A stretch of 64,000 bases of DNA from Pseudomonadota bacterium (lineage in GTDB: Bacteria > Pseudomonadota > Gammaproteobacteria > JAKAQQ01). Each line of letters begins with the position of its first letter. Position 1 is the first letter of the stretch. The notes beneath the pieces are model-generated. The model saw nothing but the letters and a program-made list of their open reading frames with translations. It was not told the DNA's origin and ran no database searches. Shown piece after piece: positions 18,403 through 28,113 of this stretch. The stretch covers positions 31,319-95,318 of the forward strand of contig DAHVLZ010000042.1 of the NCBI GenBank assembly GCA_027320085.1, read 5' to 3'. Both the position numbers and the translations under genes were made by a program.

Positions 18403-20768
18403 AAATCACCCGTCGCTGGCTCGAGGACTGGCTCCCCATCCCCATGCGGGATCACCGCTTGCGGAACCGGCTCACGGAAGGGGGGTTCGAGGTCGAGACC
18501 GTGCACGTTCTCTCCGCGCCTTTTTCGGGAGTGTGCGTGGCGGCCATCCAGTCCGTGGATTTTATGAAGGACGGGCGGCTTCGGGTCTGCCGGTTGGAAG
18601 CCGGCGGCCGGCTGGCCACGGTGGTCTCCGGGGCACCGAACCTCGAACCCGGTCACCGGGTTGCCTGGGCACCGCCCGGCGCCCGGCTCCCGGGACGCTC
18701 GCCGCTTGACGAACGGCATTTCCACGAGGTGCTTTCCTCAGGCATGCTCTGTTCTGAGCAGGAACTCGGCATCGGCACCCGCAGTGACCGGATCCTGGAG
18801 TTGCCCGGGGAGGGCGTCACCGGAGTCGATCTTGCCCCGGTGCTGGAGTGGCCTGATGCCCTGTTTGAAATCGACGTCACACCCAACCGTGGCGACTGTT
18901 TGAGTGCGCTCGGATTGGCCCGCGAGATTTCCGGGCTGACGGGAGTGGCTTTGTCCCGGTCCCCGCCAGGGGGAGCTACCAGTCTGCCTCGGGGTCGTCC
19001 TCTCAGGATCGATGCGCCCTCTGCCTGCTCCCGGTTTATCGGACTTGAATTTGCGCTCTTGGATCCCCGTATCGAGACGCCGTTGGCCCTGCGAATGCGG
19101 TTGGCCCGTTTGGGCATTGAATCGATTCACCCGGTCGTCGATGTCACACAATATGTGATGATGGAGCTTGGCCAACCGCTCCATGCATACGATGCCGGGG
19201 CCGTCGGCGAGGGCGAACTCAGGGTCCGCTGGGCTCGAAAAGGGGAATCCCTGGACCTTTTGAACAAACGCACCATTGAGCTGGATGAAGACTTCCTGGT
19301 CGTGGCTTCCCCGACACGACCTCTGGGCCTGGCGGGTGTGATGGGAGGACTCGAGGCTTCAGTGCAAAGCGAAACCCGTCACATTTTTCTGGAGAGTGCG
19401 CATTTTTCCCCGGGGGCGATTGCGGGTCGGGCTCGTCGTATCAACTGTGGCAGCGAGGCGGCACAGCGTTTCGAGCGGGGAGTGGACCCGGCGCTTCCGG
19501 TTTCTGCCATTGAGCGTGCGGTCGAACTCCTGACGGAGATCTATGGCTCGGCAATCCGTTTTGAAGCCCTGTCGGAGGCGACGGGAACCCCCCCCAGCCC
19601 GCGCGAAATCCGGCTCGAGCCCTCGCTGGTCCAGAAAAAACTCGGATGCCGACTTCAGCGCCGGACCCTGCTGAAATACCTCGAGGCGACGAGATGTGTT
19701 GTGAAGCCGACAGGTTCCGGTTTCCGGGTGACGCCTCCCTCCTGCCGTTACGATCTCCATGCGCCAGAAGATCTCGTAGAGGAGGTGGCCAGGCTCCATG
19801 GATATGCACGCTTGCCGATGCGCCCGCTGACTGGCGCACTGCGGCGCTTGCCCCGGGACCCCTTCCATGCGTCCATGGAGAAATGGCGCGGACGACTCGC
19901 GGAGCGGGGCTACCATGAAACGATCTCCCTCTCGCTCATCGATCCGGACTGGGACCAGGCATTTGCCCCGCCGGAGGAATCACCGGTCCACCTGCTCAAT
20001 CCGCTGGCAGGTGATCAATCCACGCTGAGGCGGAGTCTCTGGCCCTGTCTTGTGCGAACGCTGGTCTACAACCAGGCCCGCGAGCAGAGACGGCTTCGGA
20101 TTTTCGAGATGGGATCGGTTTTCTGGGAACAAGATGGGCGGAAGAATGAACAAGAGGAAGTCGCCGGCTTGTGGAACGGTTCGTCCGTGGAGATGCAATG
20201 GGGAACCCCAGATCGGGAAGTCGATTTTTATGACGTCAAGCTGGATCTCGAGTCATTGCTGGTTTCCGTGCCGGGGCGACTGCGCTTCAGGCCGTCCCAA
20301 CATGTGGCCCTGGATCCTGCGGAATGTGCCTGTCTCTTCCTGGACGAACGCCGGATCGGCTTTTTGGGCGCGCTGCACCCGAAACTCCAGAAGCGCTGGG
20401 AAGTCAAGGGCAAAACCTATATTTGGTCCTTTAATTTGAATGAATTAGGAGCATTTTCTGATGTAGAATATAAGTCACCGCCCCGCTTTCCCTCAATCCG
20501 GCGTGATCTGGCTTTCGAGTTGCCGACCGCGGTACCGGTGGGAGAGGTAGAGGAGGCACTGCTGGTTGCCGGGCGTCCCTCTCTTGTGGAAGTCCGGCTT
20601 TTTGATGTCTACACCGGGGCGCCTTTACAGGAAGGTTTCAGAAGCCTGGCGTTTAGCTTGATCTTTCGGGATGAACATAGCACACTAACGGAAAAGGCCA
20701 TCAACGATCTCTGTGAAAAAGCAGTTGTCATCATCGAGGGGGGGTTCCATGGTAGACTCCGAAGGTAA
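18399..20768 (+). CDS. pheT: Phenylalanine--tRNA ligase beta subunit
   Basis: [59 protein letters not shown]. Confidence 0.96.
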   Translation: MKITRRWLEDWLPIPMRDHRLRNRLTEGGFEVETVHVLSAPFSGVCVAAIQSVDFMKDGRLRVCRLEAGGRLATVVSGAPNLEPGHRVAWAPPGARLPGRSPLDERHFHEVLSSGMLCSEQELGIGTRSDRILELPGEGVTGVDLAPVLEWPDALFEIDVTPNRGDCLSALGLAREISGLTGVALSRSPPGGATSLPRGRPLRIDAPSACSRFIGLEFALLDPRIETPLALRMRLARLGIESIHPVVDVTQYVMMELGQPLHAYDAGAVGEGELRVRWARKGESLDLLNKRTIELDEDFLVVASPTRPLGLAGVMGGLEASVQSETRHIFLESAHFSPGAIAGRARRINCGSEAAQRFERGVDPALPVSAIERAVELLTEIYGSAIRFEALSEATGTPPSPREIRLEPSLVQKKLGCRLQRRTLLKYLEATRCVVKPTGSGFRVTPPSCRYDLHAPEDLVEEVARLHGYARLPMRPLTGALRRLPRDPFHASMEKWRGRLAERGYHETISLSLIDPDWDQAFAPPEESPVHLLNPLAGDQSTLRRSLWPCLVRTLVYNQAREQRRLRIFEMGSVFWEQDGRKNEQEEVAGLWNGSSVEMQWGTPDREVDFYDVKLDLESLLVSVPGRLRFRPSQHVALDPAECACLFLDERRIGFLGALHPKLQKRWEVKGKTYIWSFNLNELGAFSDVEYKSPPRFPSIRRDLAFELPTAVPVGEVEEALLVAGRPSLVEVRLFDVYTGAPLQEGFRSLAFSLIFRDEHSTLTEKAINDLCEKAVVIIEGGFHGRLRR

Positions 20769-21072
20769 ATCAACCGCTCTGACCAAGGCGAACTTGGCAG
20801 CAGCCTTGAATGGCGAACTCGGAATCAATAAACGGGAATCCCGTGAACTCGTGGATCTTTTCTTTGATGCGATCAAAACCGCCCTGTTCGATGGCCGTTG
20901 TGTCCACCTGTCCAGCTTCGGGAACTTCGATCTGCGCGACAAAAACCAAAGACCCGGTCGGAATCCCAAAACCGGCGAGGAAATACCCATTTCCGCCCGC
21001 CGGGTTATCACCTTCCATCCAGGCCAGAAACTGAGGACCCGTGTCGATGGTTATGCTGGAAGCAGAGAATAA
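20749..21072 (+). CDS. ihfA: Integration host factor alpha subunit
   Basis: ALTKA...[30 protein letters not shown]; follows pheT. Confidence 0.96.
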   Translation: MVDSEGKSTALTKANLAAALNGELGINKRESRELVDLFFDAIKTALFDGRCVHLSSFGNFDLRDKNQRPGRNPKTGEEIPISARRVITFHPGQKLRTRVDGYAGSRE

Positions 21073-21409
21073 ACTTGAACTAGCCCCGATCCCCGCGAAG
21101 CGTTACTTCACGATCGGGGAGGTCAGTGATCTTTGCCAGGTCAAGCCTCATGTGCTCCGGTATTGGGAGCAAGAGTTCAGCCAGTTGCGCCCCGTCAAGC
21201 GCAAGGGCAACCGGCGGTATTACCAGCGCCAGGATCTCATTCTGATCCGCCAGATCCGCAGCCTTCTTTACGAGCATGGCTATACGATTGGGGGCGCGCG
21301 TCAGCAGCTGGGAGGGGATGGGATGCAGCAGGACATGCATCACAGCACCCAGATTGTCAAGCAGCTACGGATGGAACTCGAGGATATTCTGAAGTTCTTG
21401 AGAAGCTGA
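21053..21409 (+). CDS. MerR-family transcriptional regulator (conserved ihfA neighbour)
   Basis: [28 protein letters not shown]...RRYY...[13 protein letters not shown]. Confidence 0.93.
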   Translation: MLEAENKLELAPIPAKRYFTIGEVSDLCQVKPHVLRYWEQEFSQLRPVKRKGNRRYYQRQDLILIRQIRSLLYEHGYTIGGARQQLGGDGMQQDMHHSTQIVKQLRMELEDILKFLRS

Positions 21410-21427
21410 AAGTCAGGGTGGGTCAGT

Positions 21428-21504
21428 CGGGGTGTAGCGCAGCCTGGTAGCGCACCTGCATGGGGTGCAGGTGGTCGGAGGTTCAAATCCTCTCACCCCG
21501 ACCA
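21428..21504 (+). tRNA. tRNA-Pro(GGG)
   Basis: CGGGGTG/CACCCCG acceptor stem, CCTGC-ATGGGGT-GCAGG anticodon arm, GGTTCAAATCC, encoded CCA; 77 nt. Confidence 0.97.
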
Positions 21505-21510
21505 ATTAAT

Positions 21511-21870
21511 CAGGGGGTCCGTACCGGGCCACATGGGTGACGGATGATTCCGAGGACAGGGGTAACACCTTGGCCTCGAAGGGGTTATCTGCGCATTCGA
21601 CCCGATTGCTTTCGTGGTCGAAGAATCCCAAGTCGTCGTGCATGATCGGTGAGGGTCAGCGGACAGCAGTCACGCCGATCACCCAGCATGAACTCACCCT
21701 TGTAATTGGCGCACCCCAGCTCGGATGCTCGTGCTTGAGCCCAACCATGCGCCTCTCAAGCACACCGGGAAGACCAGGTCACCGGTCTTGCACGAGAGAC
21801 CGAATTCGCGACACGGCACCGCCATCTTCTGCCCCTCCAACAACCGAGCCGCAAAGCGTAGTCGTTTCAC
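21511..21870 (-). mobile_element. Degenerate IS481-family insertion sequence remnant (four spliced transposase fragments plus right end)
   Basis: Manual minus-strand translation: KRLRFAARLLEGQKMAVPCREFGLSCKTG; LPGVLERRMVGLKHEHPSWGAP; CANYKGEFMLGDRRDCCPLTLTD; MHDDLGFFDHESNRVECADNPFEAKVLP. Subterminal repeats at 21524-41 and 21550-66. Family assigned from recalled IS481 transposase motifs. Confidence 0.8.
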
Positions 21871-21924
21871 CCCGAAGGGGCAGGCGCGTCATTTTCATAA
21901 CCTCCAGTAGGGAGCGGCTTTTGT

Positions 21925-22803
21925 TCAGTCGGATTCCGTTTTCCGATCGAACGCGTTCAGAAATTCCGGAAGGAAAAGGTCGGGGAGCAACTGTGCCCCG
22001 GGGGAGACGGCATAACGGTCGAGGTCGGTGATTCCAGCCTCCGCGAGCACGGCCTCATCGATGAAAAACTGCCCGGTTGTCGTTCGTGCCGGTCGTTTGA
22101 GGATTTCCACCGCGGCGTCGGCGACAATCTCCGGCTTGCGACAGTTTTCGGGCCGGATGGGTCCGCCCAGCTGGGTCAGCGCCTGGGTTGCGATGATCGT
22201 TTTTGGCCATAGCGCATTGACGGCAATGCCCTCTCGGGCCAATTCCCGGGACAGCCCGAGGACGCAGAAGCTCATTCCCATTTTGGTCAGCGTATACCCC
22301 AGATGTCCCGAGAACCAGCGCGGATCCAGACTGGGGGGAGGGGCGAGGACGAGCACATGGGGGTTTTCGGCCTGCCGGAGAAAGGGAAGGGCTGCGCGCG
22401 TGCAGGCATAGGTCCCTCGCGCATTGACCGACCAGAGCAAGTCCAGTTTTTTGACGGGGATATCGGCGAGCCCGCCCAGTGCAATGGCACTGGCGTTATT
22501 CACGAGGATGTCCAGCCGGCCCCACTCGGCCACAACGCGGGACACCGCAGTTTCGACAGCCTCCACGTCGCGGATATCCGTGGCGATCGGCAGGGCCTGA
22601 GCCCCCAAGTCCCGGACTTCGCGAGCCACGGTTTCGATGGTTCCGGGCAGGTGCGGGTGCGGAGTTTGCGTTTTGGCGAGAATTCCGATCCGGGCACCCG
22701 CGTGGGCGGCCCGCAGGGCAATCGCTCGCCCGATGCCGCGGCTCGCACCCGTGATCAACAAAACCCGGTCTTTTAACGCGTAGGAAGAGTCAGACTTCGA
22801 CAT
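21925..22803 (-). CDS. Short-chain dehydrogenase, HSDL2-like
   Basis: ITGASRGIG, AKT-TPHPHLPGTI, LVNNASAI, YTLTKMGMS (YxxxK), NALWPKT-IAT. Confidence 0.92.
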   Translation of the reverse strand: MSKSDSSYALKDRVLLITGASRGIGRAIALRAAHAGARIGILAKTQTPHPHLPGTIETVAREVRDLGAQALPIATDIRDVEAVETAVSRVVAEWGRLDILVNNASAIALGGLADIPVKKLDLLWSVNARGTYACTRAALPFLRQAENPHVLVLAPPPSLDPRWFSGHLGYTLTKMGMSFCVLGLSRELAREGIAVNALWPKTIIATQALTQLGGPIRPENCRKPEIVADAAVEILKRPARTTTGQFFIDEAVLAEAGITDLDRYAVSPGAQLLPDLFLPEFLNAFDRKTESD

Positions 22804-22863
22804 GGTGGGCTTCTCCAATCTTCACTATATACTCTCATGCGGTGCTCAAAAGGGGAATTCACG

Positions 22864-23727
22864 ATGGAAGCGGCCACCTGTCCTGCCTTGATCGATGAGC
22901 GGACACTCAAAGCGTGGATCGGACAGCCGGACGTGTGCCTGTTCGACTGCCGATTCCGGCTCGAGGATCCGGGATGGGGGGGGCAAAGTTGGGAAGAAGG
23001 ACACATCCCGGGCGCCCGTTATGCCCATCTGGACCGGGTCCTTTCGGGACCCGTGACGGAAACAAGCGGGCGGCATCCCCTGCCGGATCCTGCCGCATTG
23101 GCCCGTTGGCTGGGTCAGGCGGGGGTTGATGAACGAACGCGGATTGTGGCCTACGACCAAACCACAGGACCATTCGCGGCTCGCTTGTGGTGGCTTGCGC
23201 GCTGGCTCGGTTTATCGAACGTGTCCGTGCTGGACGGGGGTTGGTCGGTCTGGGTCGACAATCACGGCCCGATTGAATCGGGTCCTCCCCGGACGGTTGC
23301 CGCGAAATCTTTCGAACCCCGGCCAAACCCCGACCTCTGGCTGACCACTTTGGACATCGAAGCCGTAGTGGCCGGACAGGGCCAGGGACTGCTCCTCGAT
23401 GTACGTCACGCGAACCGGTATCACGGTCTTGAGGAACCCATCGACTCCGTGGCGGGCCACATTCCAGGCGCGGTCAACTTCTGCTACTTGGAGACACTGG
23501 CTCCCGATGGGCGGCTTCTCGATCCGGCCGAGCTCCGCAGTCGCTTCGCCACCGTCCTCGGGCGATGCTCACCACGGGAGGTGATTCATTCCTGTGGTTC
23601 CGGGGTGACCGCCTGCCAGACCTTGCTGGCGATGGAGTGGGCGGGTCTTTCTGGATCACGCCTCTATGCCGGTTCGTACAGTGAGTGGATCCGTTCGGGA
23701 TCACGCCCGGTCGTCCGCACGCCCTGA
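22864..23727 (+). CDS. sseA: Tandem-domain rhodanese / 3-mercaptopyruvate sulfurtransferase (SseA-like)
   Basis: GHIPGA twice, GRHPLP, AARLWW, VLDGG, active-site CGSGVTAC, LYAGSYSEW. Confidence 0.9.
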   Translation: MEAATCPALIDERTLKAWIGQPDVCLFDCRFRLEDPGWGGQSWEEGHIPGARYAHLDRVLSGPVTETSGRHPLPDPAALARWLGQAGVDERTRIVAYDQTTGPFAARLWWLARWLGLSNVSVLDGGWSVWVDNHGPIESGPPRTVAAKSFEPRPNPDLWLTTLDIEAVVAGQGQGLLLDVRHANRYHGLEEPIDSVAGHIPGAVNFCYLETLAPDGRLLDPAELRSRFATVLGRCSPREVIHSCGSGVTACQTLLAMEWAGLSGSRLYAGSYSEWIRSGSRPVVRTP

Positions 23728-23740
23728 AATCCGGTGCGCC

Positions 23741-24226
23741 TCAGGAAGAGGGACGTTCATGACGCAAGAGCCGGGCTTTTTGCCTCGCCCAGTCCCGTTC
23801 CCGTTCGCTGCGCCGCTTGTCATGGAGTTTTTTACCCCGTGCCAGGCCCAACTCCAGCTTGGCCCGTCCGTGCTTCCAGTACAGACGCAGGGGAATCAGG
23901 GTCAGTCCCCGTCGTTCAACGGCCCCGCGCAGGGTGTCAATTTCCCGCTGGTGAAGGAGTAACTTGCGCGTTCGCTCCGGGTCGACGGTCCGGTGTGTGG
24001 AAACGGTCGGCAGCGGTGCAATCTGGCTTCCGATCAGCCAAATGGCACCATTTTTGATCAGCGCATAGCTGTCCCGTATCTGGATACGTCCCGCCCTCAG
24101 GGCTTTGACTTCCCAGCCTTCCAGCACCAAGCCCGCCTCGTAGCGTTCCTCGATGGAGTAGTCGTGGCGTGCCCTTCGGTTTTCGACTTGGGCCGGCGGT
24201 TTTGATCTCTGCGTGTCATCCTTCAT
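23741..24226 (-). CDS. smpB: SsrA-binding protein
   Basis: [39 protein letters not shown]. Confidence 0.97.
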   Translation of the reverse strand: MKDDTQRSKPPAQVENRRARHDYSIEERYEAGLVLEGWEVKALRAGRIQIRDSYALIKNGAIWLIGSQIAPLPTVSTHRTVDPERTRKLLLHQREIDTLRGAVERRGLTLIPLRLYWKHGRAKLELGLARGKKLHDKRRSERERDWARQKARLLRHERPSS

Positions 24227-24269
24227 GGTGGCATTATACGGGGGCATTTCCTGAGGCGATTCTCGGCCC

Positions 24270-24737
24270 GTGCTGCGAAATATTCAAAGACATGCCCGTG
24301 TCCCCTGTCGGGTGGAGGACATGTACCGGTTGGTTGCGGACGTTCCCTCCTATTCCCGTTTTTTGCCCTGGTGCGCCAATGCCCGGATCCTCGGGAAAGA
24401 GGCGGGGACTCAAGACGGCGAAATCGTCCTGGCCGAGATGGGTCTGGCATGGGGACCCCTCCGGTACCGGTTGAGGACCCGAAACCACAACCACTTTCCC
24501 GACCGGATTCGCATGAAGTTGGTCGAGGGGCCCCTGCGCGAGCTGGATGGGACCTGGAAGTTTGCACCGGCCGGCCCCCGGGACTGCGAGGTCGAGCTGG
24601 ATCTTTCCTTCGTGACGGGTAGCCGCATGATGGGTCATCTGGTCGCTCCGCTGATCGGAGAGGCCATGGAGACCCTGACGGATGCCTTTGTGGAAGAAGC
24701 TCGCCGAAGATATCCGGACGGCAGCCATGTGGGTTGA
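24270..24737 (+). CDS. ratA: RatA/PasT (Coq10-like START domain)
   Basis: MY-LV-DV-SY-FLPWC, LVEGP-REL-GTW-F, DAFVEEA; divergent from smpB. Confidence 0.9.
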   Translation: MLRNIQRHARVPCRVEDMYRLVADVPSYSRFLPWCANARILGKEAGTQDGEIVLAEMGLAWGPLRYRLRTRNHNHFPDRIRMKLVEGPLRELDGTWKFAPAGPRDCEVELDLSFVTGSRMMGHLVAPLIGEAMETLTDAFVEEARRRYPDGSHVG

Positions 24738-25065
24738 AATGGCGTGGATGGAAGGGGAGCGTGAATACCATCGGATGCTCACCCTGTCGACGGGATCGAC
24801 ACTCGCGGATGCACTCCGGATGGCTGGACTTCAAGGTTTTGCCGAGCGTTGGCTGGCCATGGGCGGTCGGATTGCCGTGGCGGGCCAGGAAATCGGTCTG
24901 GGTGCGATTCTCCGGCCCACCGACCGGGTCGAGTTCCTCAAGCCACTCAAGATTCGACCGGGCGATCTTCGCCTTGGGCGTTTGGGGAGAAAGGGGAAAG
25001 CGGGTCGAGTCAGTGGGCGGGCGGTTTCGCCGGATGGACGCGCCCCCGGCGACGAATCCGGATGA
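24727..25065 (+). CDS. ratB: RnfH/RatB ubiquitin-like protein (divergent)
   Basis: GSTLADALR-AG...L-P-DRVE-KPL; follows ratA; overlaps the bamE 3' end convergently. Confidence 0.75.
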   Translation: MWVEMAWMEGEREYHRMLTLSTGSTLADALRMAGLQGFAERWLAMGGRIAVAGQEIGLGAILRPTDRVEFLKPLKIRPGDLRLGRLGRKGKAGRVSGRAVSPDGRAPGDESG

Positions 25066-25354
25066 CCCGTCCCTGATGGAAAACAATCCAAAGATGATGA
25101 AGCCGGGCAGATGAGAAATGGCCGGCCTTCCGGTAGTAGATGTAGACCCAGTGCTGGGAGGAAAAGGGGTTTTTGAGTGCCGGCGGGCCGAGCAGGTAGG
25201 CGACCTGCGATTGCGTCATGCCGACCCTGATTTCATGCATCATCGCCGGCGAAAGGTAGTTGCCTTGGTGCATCGGGGCAATGTAGACGAAGCTGCAGCC
25301 CCCGAGCCCGATCGCACACAGACCTAACAGCACTAACCGGTTGCGGAAGCTCAT
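25010..25354 (-). CDS. bamE: Outer-membrane assembly lipoprotein BamE
   Basis: Lipobox LGGC; QGNY, VGMTQSQV-YLLG-P, PF...W-Y motifs; syntenic position. Confidence 0.9.
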   Translation of the reverse strand: MSFRNRLVLLGLCAIGLGGCSFVYIAPMHQGNYLSPAMMHEIRVGMTQSQVAYLLGPPALKNPFSSQHWVYIYYRKAGHFSSARLHHLWIVFHQGRVIRIRRRGRVHPAKPPAH

Positions 25355-25399
25355 CGGGAACGGCCAGGGGGAACTGGGAGGTGCGGCCATGATAACCGA

Positions 25400-27085
25400 T
25401 CAGGGGGCTTTTTGTGCCCGACCGATGAGTTCACGGGCATGGCGAAGGGCCGCATCCGTGACTTCCTCCCCGGCCAGCATGCGTGCAACTTCCTGCTCCC
25501 GCGATTCGGCATCCAGGGGAACGACCTGGGTTCGGATGTTTGCGGAGCGGCTTTCTTTGAGTACCCGAAAATGATGGTGTCCCTGGCAGGCGACCTGCGG
25601 AAGGTGGGTGATACAAAACACCTGCCGGTGACCGGCCAGGGCTCGAAGCTTGAGTCCGACCCGTTCGGCAATGCGACCGCCGATCCCGGAATCAATTTCA
25701 TCAAAGATCAGGGTCGGCACCCACTGGGCGTGGGCTGAGGCCAGCTGAAGTGCCAAAGCCAGCCGGGACAACTCACCCCCGGAGGCGATCTTGGCCAGGG
25801 GGAGGGCGGGTTGGTCGGCATGACTCCTGAAATCCAGCCGGATCGATTCCACGCCACGGGGTCCGGGGGGGGCCGGCTCGAAGTTTACGGCGAGTTGGGC
25901 CCCTGACATTCCGAATTCCGGAAGTAGGCGGTTTACGGCCTCCTCCAGCCGGGATGCCGCTTTCCGACGGTCCCGTGAGAGTTGCTGAGCCGCCGCGTGA
26001 TAGCGCGCTTCAGCTGCGGCCGCCTCGGCCCGGTATCGTTCAAGGAGCCCGGAGCCCGTGGCCAAGGCCTCTGCCCGACCTCGTGTCTCCCCCAGCGCAT
26101 CCGCGAGCTCCTCCGGGCGCATGTGGAAGCGGTAGGCCAGCTCCTGGTAGCGGTCAAAGCGGAGGCGTGTGGATTCCATATGGGTGGCATCGATTTCAAT
26201 GTTGCTCTCGTACTGGTCCAGGGTCCCTTCACACTGATCGAGGGCGCCCTTGGCCTCGTCGATCCGGCCCGCGAGGATTTCAAGGGCGGGATCCAGGGAG
26301 AGGAGCGGTCGAAGTTCTTTTTGGGCCCGGCCCAAAAGTGGTTCGCATCCCGGGCTTTGGGGCGCTTCCTCCCCGCCGGTCAGCAACTTCCGGATCACGA
26401 GCAGTCCTTGACGGATGCGCTCCAGGTGGTCGAGTCGTTTCTGGGATTCGGCCAGGTGCTCGAACTCTCCCGACCGGGGATCCAGCGATTCGAGCAGCTC
26501 CAGCCGTTCGCGGACTGCCACCGATTCCGATTCGGATGCCGCGGCCTGTTTTTCCTGTGTCTCGAGGGCGAGTCGGGCCTCCCGCCACTCGCTATGGCGG
26601 GATTGGATTTCCTGAACCTCGGCGGAAAGCCCACCGAAGGCGTCGATCAGGGTCATCTGGGTTTCGCGACGGGTGAGAGACTGATGCTCATGTTGCCCGT
26701 GAAGGTCAACCAGCAAATCGCTCAGCTGACCTGACATCTGGAGCGTCACGGGATGGCCGTTGATGTAGGCCCGCGAGGGCCTGCCGTCCCGGTAGACCAG
26801 GCGTCGCAGGGTGCATTCGCCTCCCTCGTCAAGACCGTGTTCCTGGAGCCAGAGCTCCGCCGGGGAGCGCGCGCCAGGCCGGAACAGGGCTGTGACCGTG
26901 CTTTCGTCCCGATCCGGGCCGATGACCACGCTGTCGGCGCGTCCCCCGAGTGCCAGTCCCAACGCCTCGATCAGGATCGATTTGCCCGCTCCGGTCTCGC
27001 CGGTGAGAACCGTGAGTCCCGGTTCGAAGTCCAGTGCCAGCTGGCTGATCAGGGCGTAGTTTCTGATTTCGAGACTGGCCAGCAT
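25400..27085 (-). CDS. recN: DNA repair protein RecN
   Basis: TGETGAGKS, HGQHEHQ, ASGGELSR, FDEIDSGIGG, ITHLPQVA. Confidence 0.97.
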   Translation of the reverse strand: MLASLEIRNYALISQLALDFEPGLTVLTGETGAGKSILIEALGLALGGRADSVVIGPDRDESTVTALFRPGARSPAELWLQEHGLDEGGECTLRRLVYRDGRPSRAYINGHPVTLQMSGQLSDLLVDLHGQHEHQSLTRRETQMTLIDAFGGLSAEVQEIQSRHSEWREARLALETQEKQAAASESESVAVRERLELLESLDPRSGEFEHLAESQKRLDHLERIRQGLLVIRKLLTGGEEAPQSPGCEPLLGRAQKELRPLLSLDPALEILAGRIDEAKGALDQCEGTLDQYESNIEIDATHMESTRLRFDRYQELAYRFHMRPEELADALGETRGRAEALATGSGLLERYRAEAAAAEARYHAAAQQLSRDRRKAASRLEEAVNRLLPEFGMSGAQLAVNFEPAPPGPRGVESIRLDFRSHADQPALPLAKIASGGELSRLALALQLASAHAQWVPTLIFDEIDSGIGGRIAERVGLKLRALAGHRQVFCITHLPQVACQGHHHFRVLKESRSANIRTQVVPLDAESREQEVARMLAGEEVTDAALRHARELIGRAQKAP

Positions 27086-27087
27086 GC

Positions 27088-27951
27088 CTAACTCTCGGAC
27101 TGGCCCCAATGGAGTTTTTCGCGCAAACGGGCAAACGGGTCATAGCTCGCCGGATGGATGATCGTGAGCTCGCGATCCGCCCGGTTGATTTGGACCCGCA
27201 CTCCGGGATCAAGACGCCGGGTGGCGGAGCCATCCCAGTTGACGAGGCAACGGGACGCCTGTGCCTCCGGTACCCGGAGTTCGATCTGGGCCTTTCCCGG
27301 AATGACGAGTGGCCGGTCCGAGAGGTTGTGGGGCGCAATCGGCAGGATGACGAGGCAGGACAGCTCCGGATGGAGAATGGGACCACCCGAGGAAAGGGCG
27401 TAAGCCGTGGAGCCACTCGGGGTTGAGACGATCAGTCCATCGGCGCGATGGGCGCAGACAAAGCGTCCCTCAATCCAGGTTTCGATGTCGATCATCCTTC
27501 CGCCATCGGCCTTTTCGAGGACGATGTCGTTCAGGGCAAGACGCCATTGGGGGGCGACGGGCTTTAGACATCCCCGGATGAGCACCCGCGTTTCCGTCTG
27601 GTACTGTCCTTCGAGAATGGGCTTGAGGTCCCAATCGAGCCGGTCGGCGGGGAAGTCCGTGAGATAGCCCAGGCGTCCGAGATTGATACCCAAAACCGGA
27701 ATCTCCGCCCGCGTGGCAGCGGCGGTGGCCAGGAAAGTGCCATCTCCGCCAAGGCTGATGGCAAAATCGCCGGGTTCGAAGGCGGGTTCGGTTGGGGGAG
27801 GGGCGGTTTTCCCGGTGGGCCCCGGTATTTCACTCGTCTGGACGATGGGAATCCCGGCCTGCCCCAGGATCCTCTCGAGATTGGCGAGCACCGAGGGCGA
27901 TGCAGGTGTCTCTCCCCGGCAGAACACATAGGCACGTGCGAGTGTCGGCAT
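27088..27951 (-). CDS. nadK: NAD+ kinase
   Basis: GGDGTFL, GINLGRLGYL, ALND, DGLIVSTPSGSTAYALSSGGP, LREKLHW. Confidence 0.96.
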   Translation of the reverse strand: MPTLARAYVFCRGETPASPSVLANLERILGQAGIPIVQTSEIPGPTGKTAPPPTEPAFEPGDFAISLGGDGTFLATAAATRAEIPVLGINLGRLGYLTDFPADRLDWDLKPILEGQYQTETRVLIRGCLKPVAPQWRLALNDIVLEKADGGRMIDIETWIEGRFVCAHRADGLIVSTPSGSTAYALSSGGPILHPELSCLVILPIAPHNLSDRPLVIPGKAQIELRVPEAQASRCLVNWDGSATRRLDPGVRVQINRADRELTIIHPASYDPFARLREKLHWGQSES

Positions 27952-28113
27952 GGTTCTGATGTTACCTTAGAGACCGCAGTGGGGGGGCGTCGCTCGTCCC
28001 GATCCCCGGTTGAGGCCGACCGGGAGGTTTGAAGGGGCAGGGCTGTGTGCCGCCGGTAATTTATGGTAACTTGAACCGGTCTCCTCCTGATAGACAGGCC
28101 CACCGTCGCTGAG

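Noticed and set aside
21537-22031. 164-aa plus-strand ORF downstream of tRNA-Pro
   Set aside because: It is the reverse complement of the IS481 relic and overlaps the SDR 3' end
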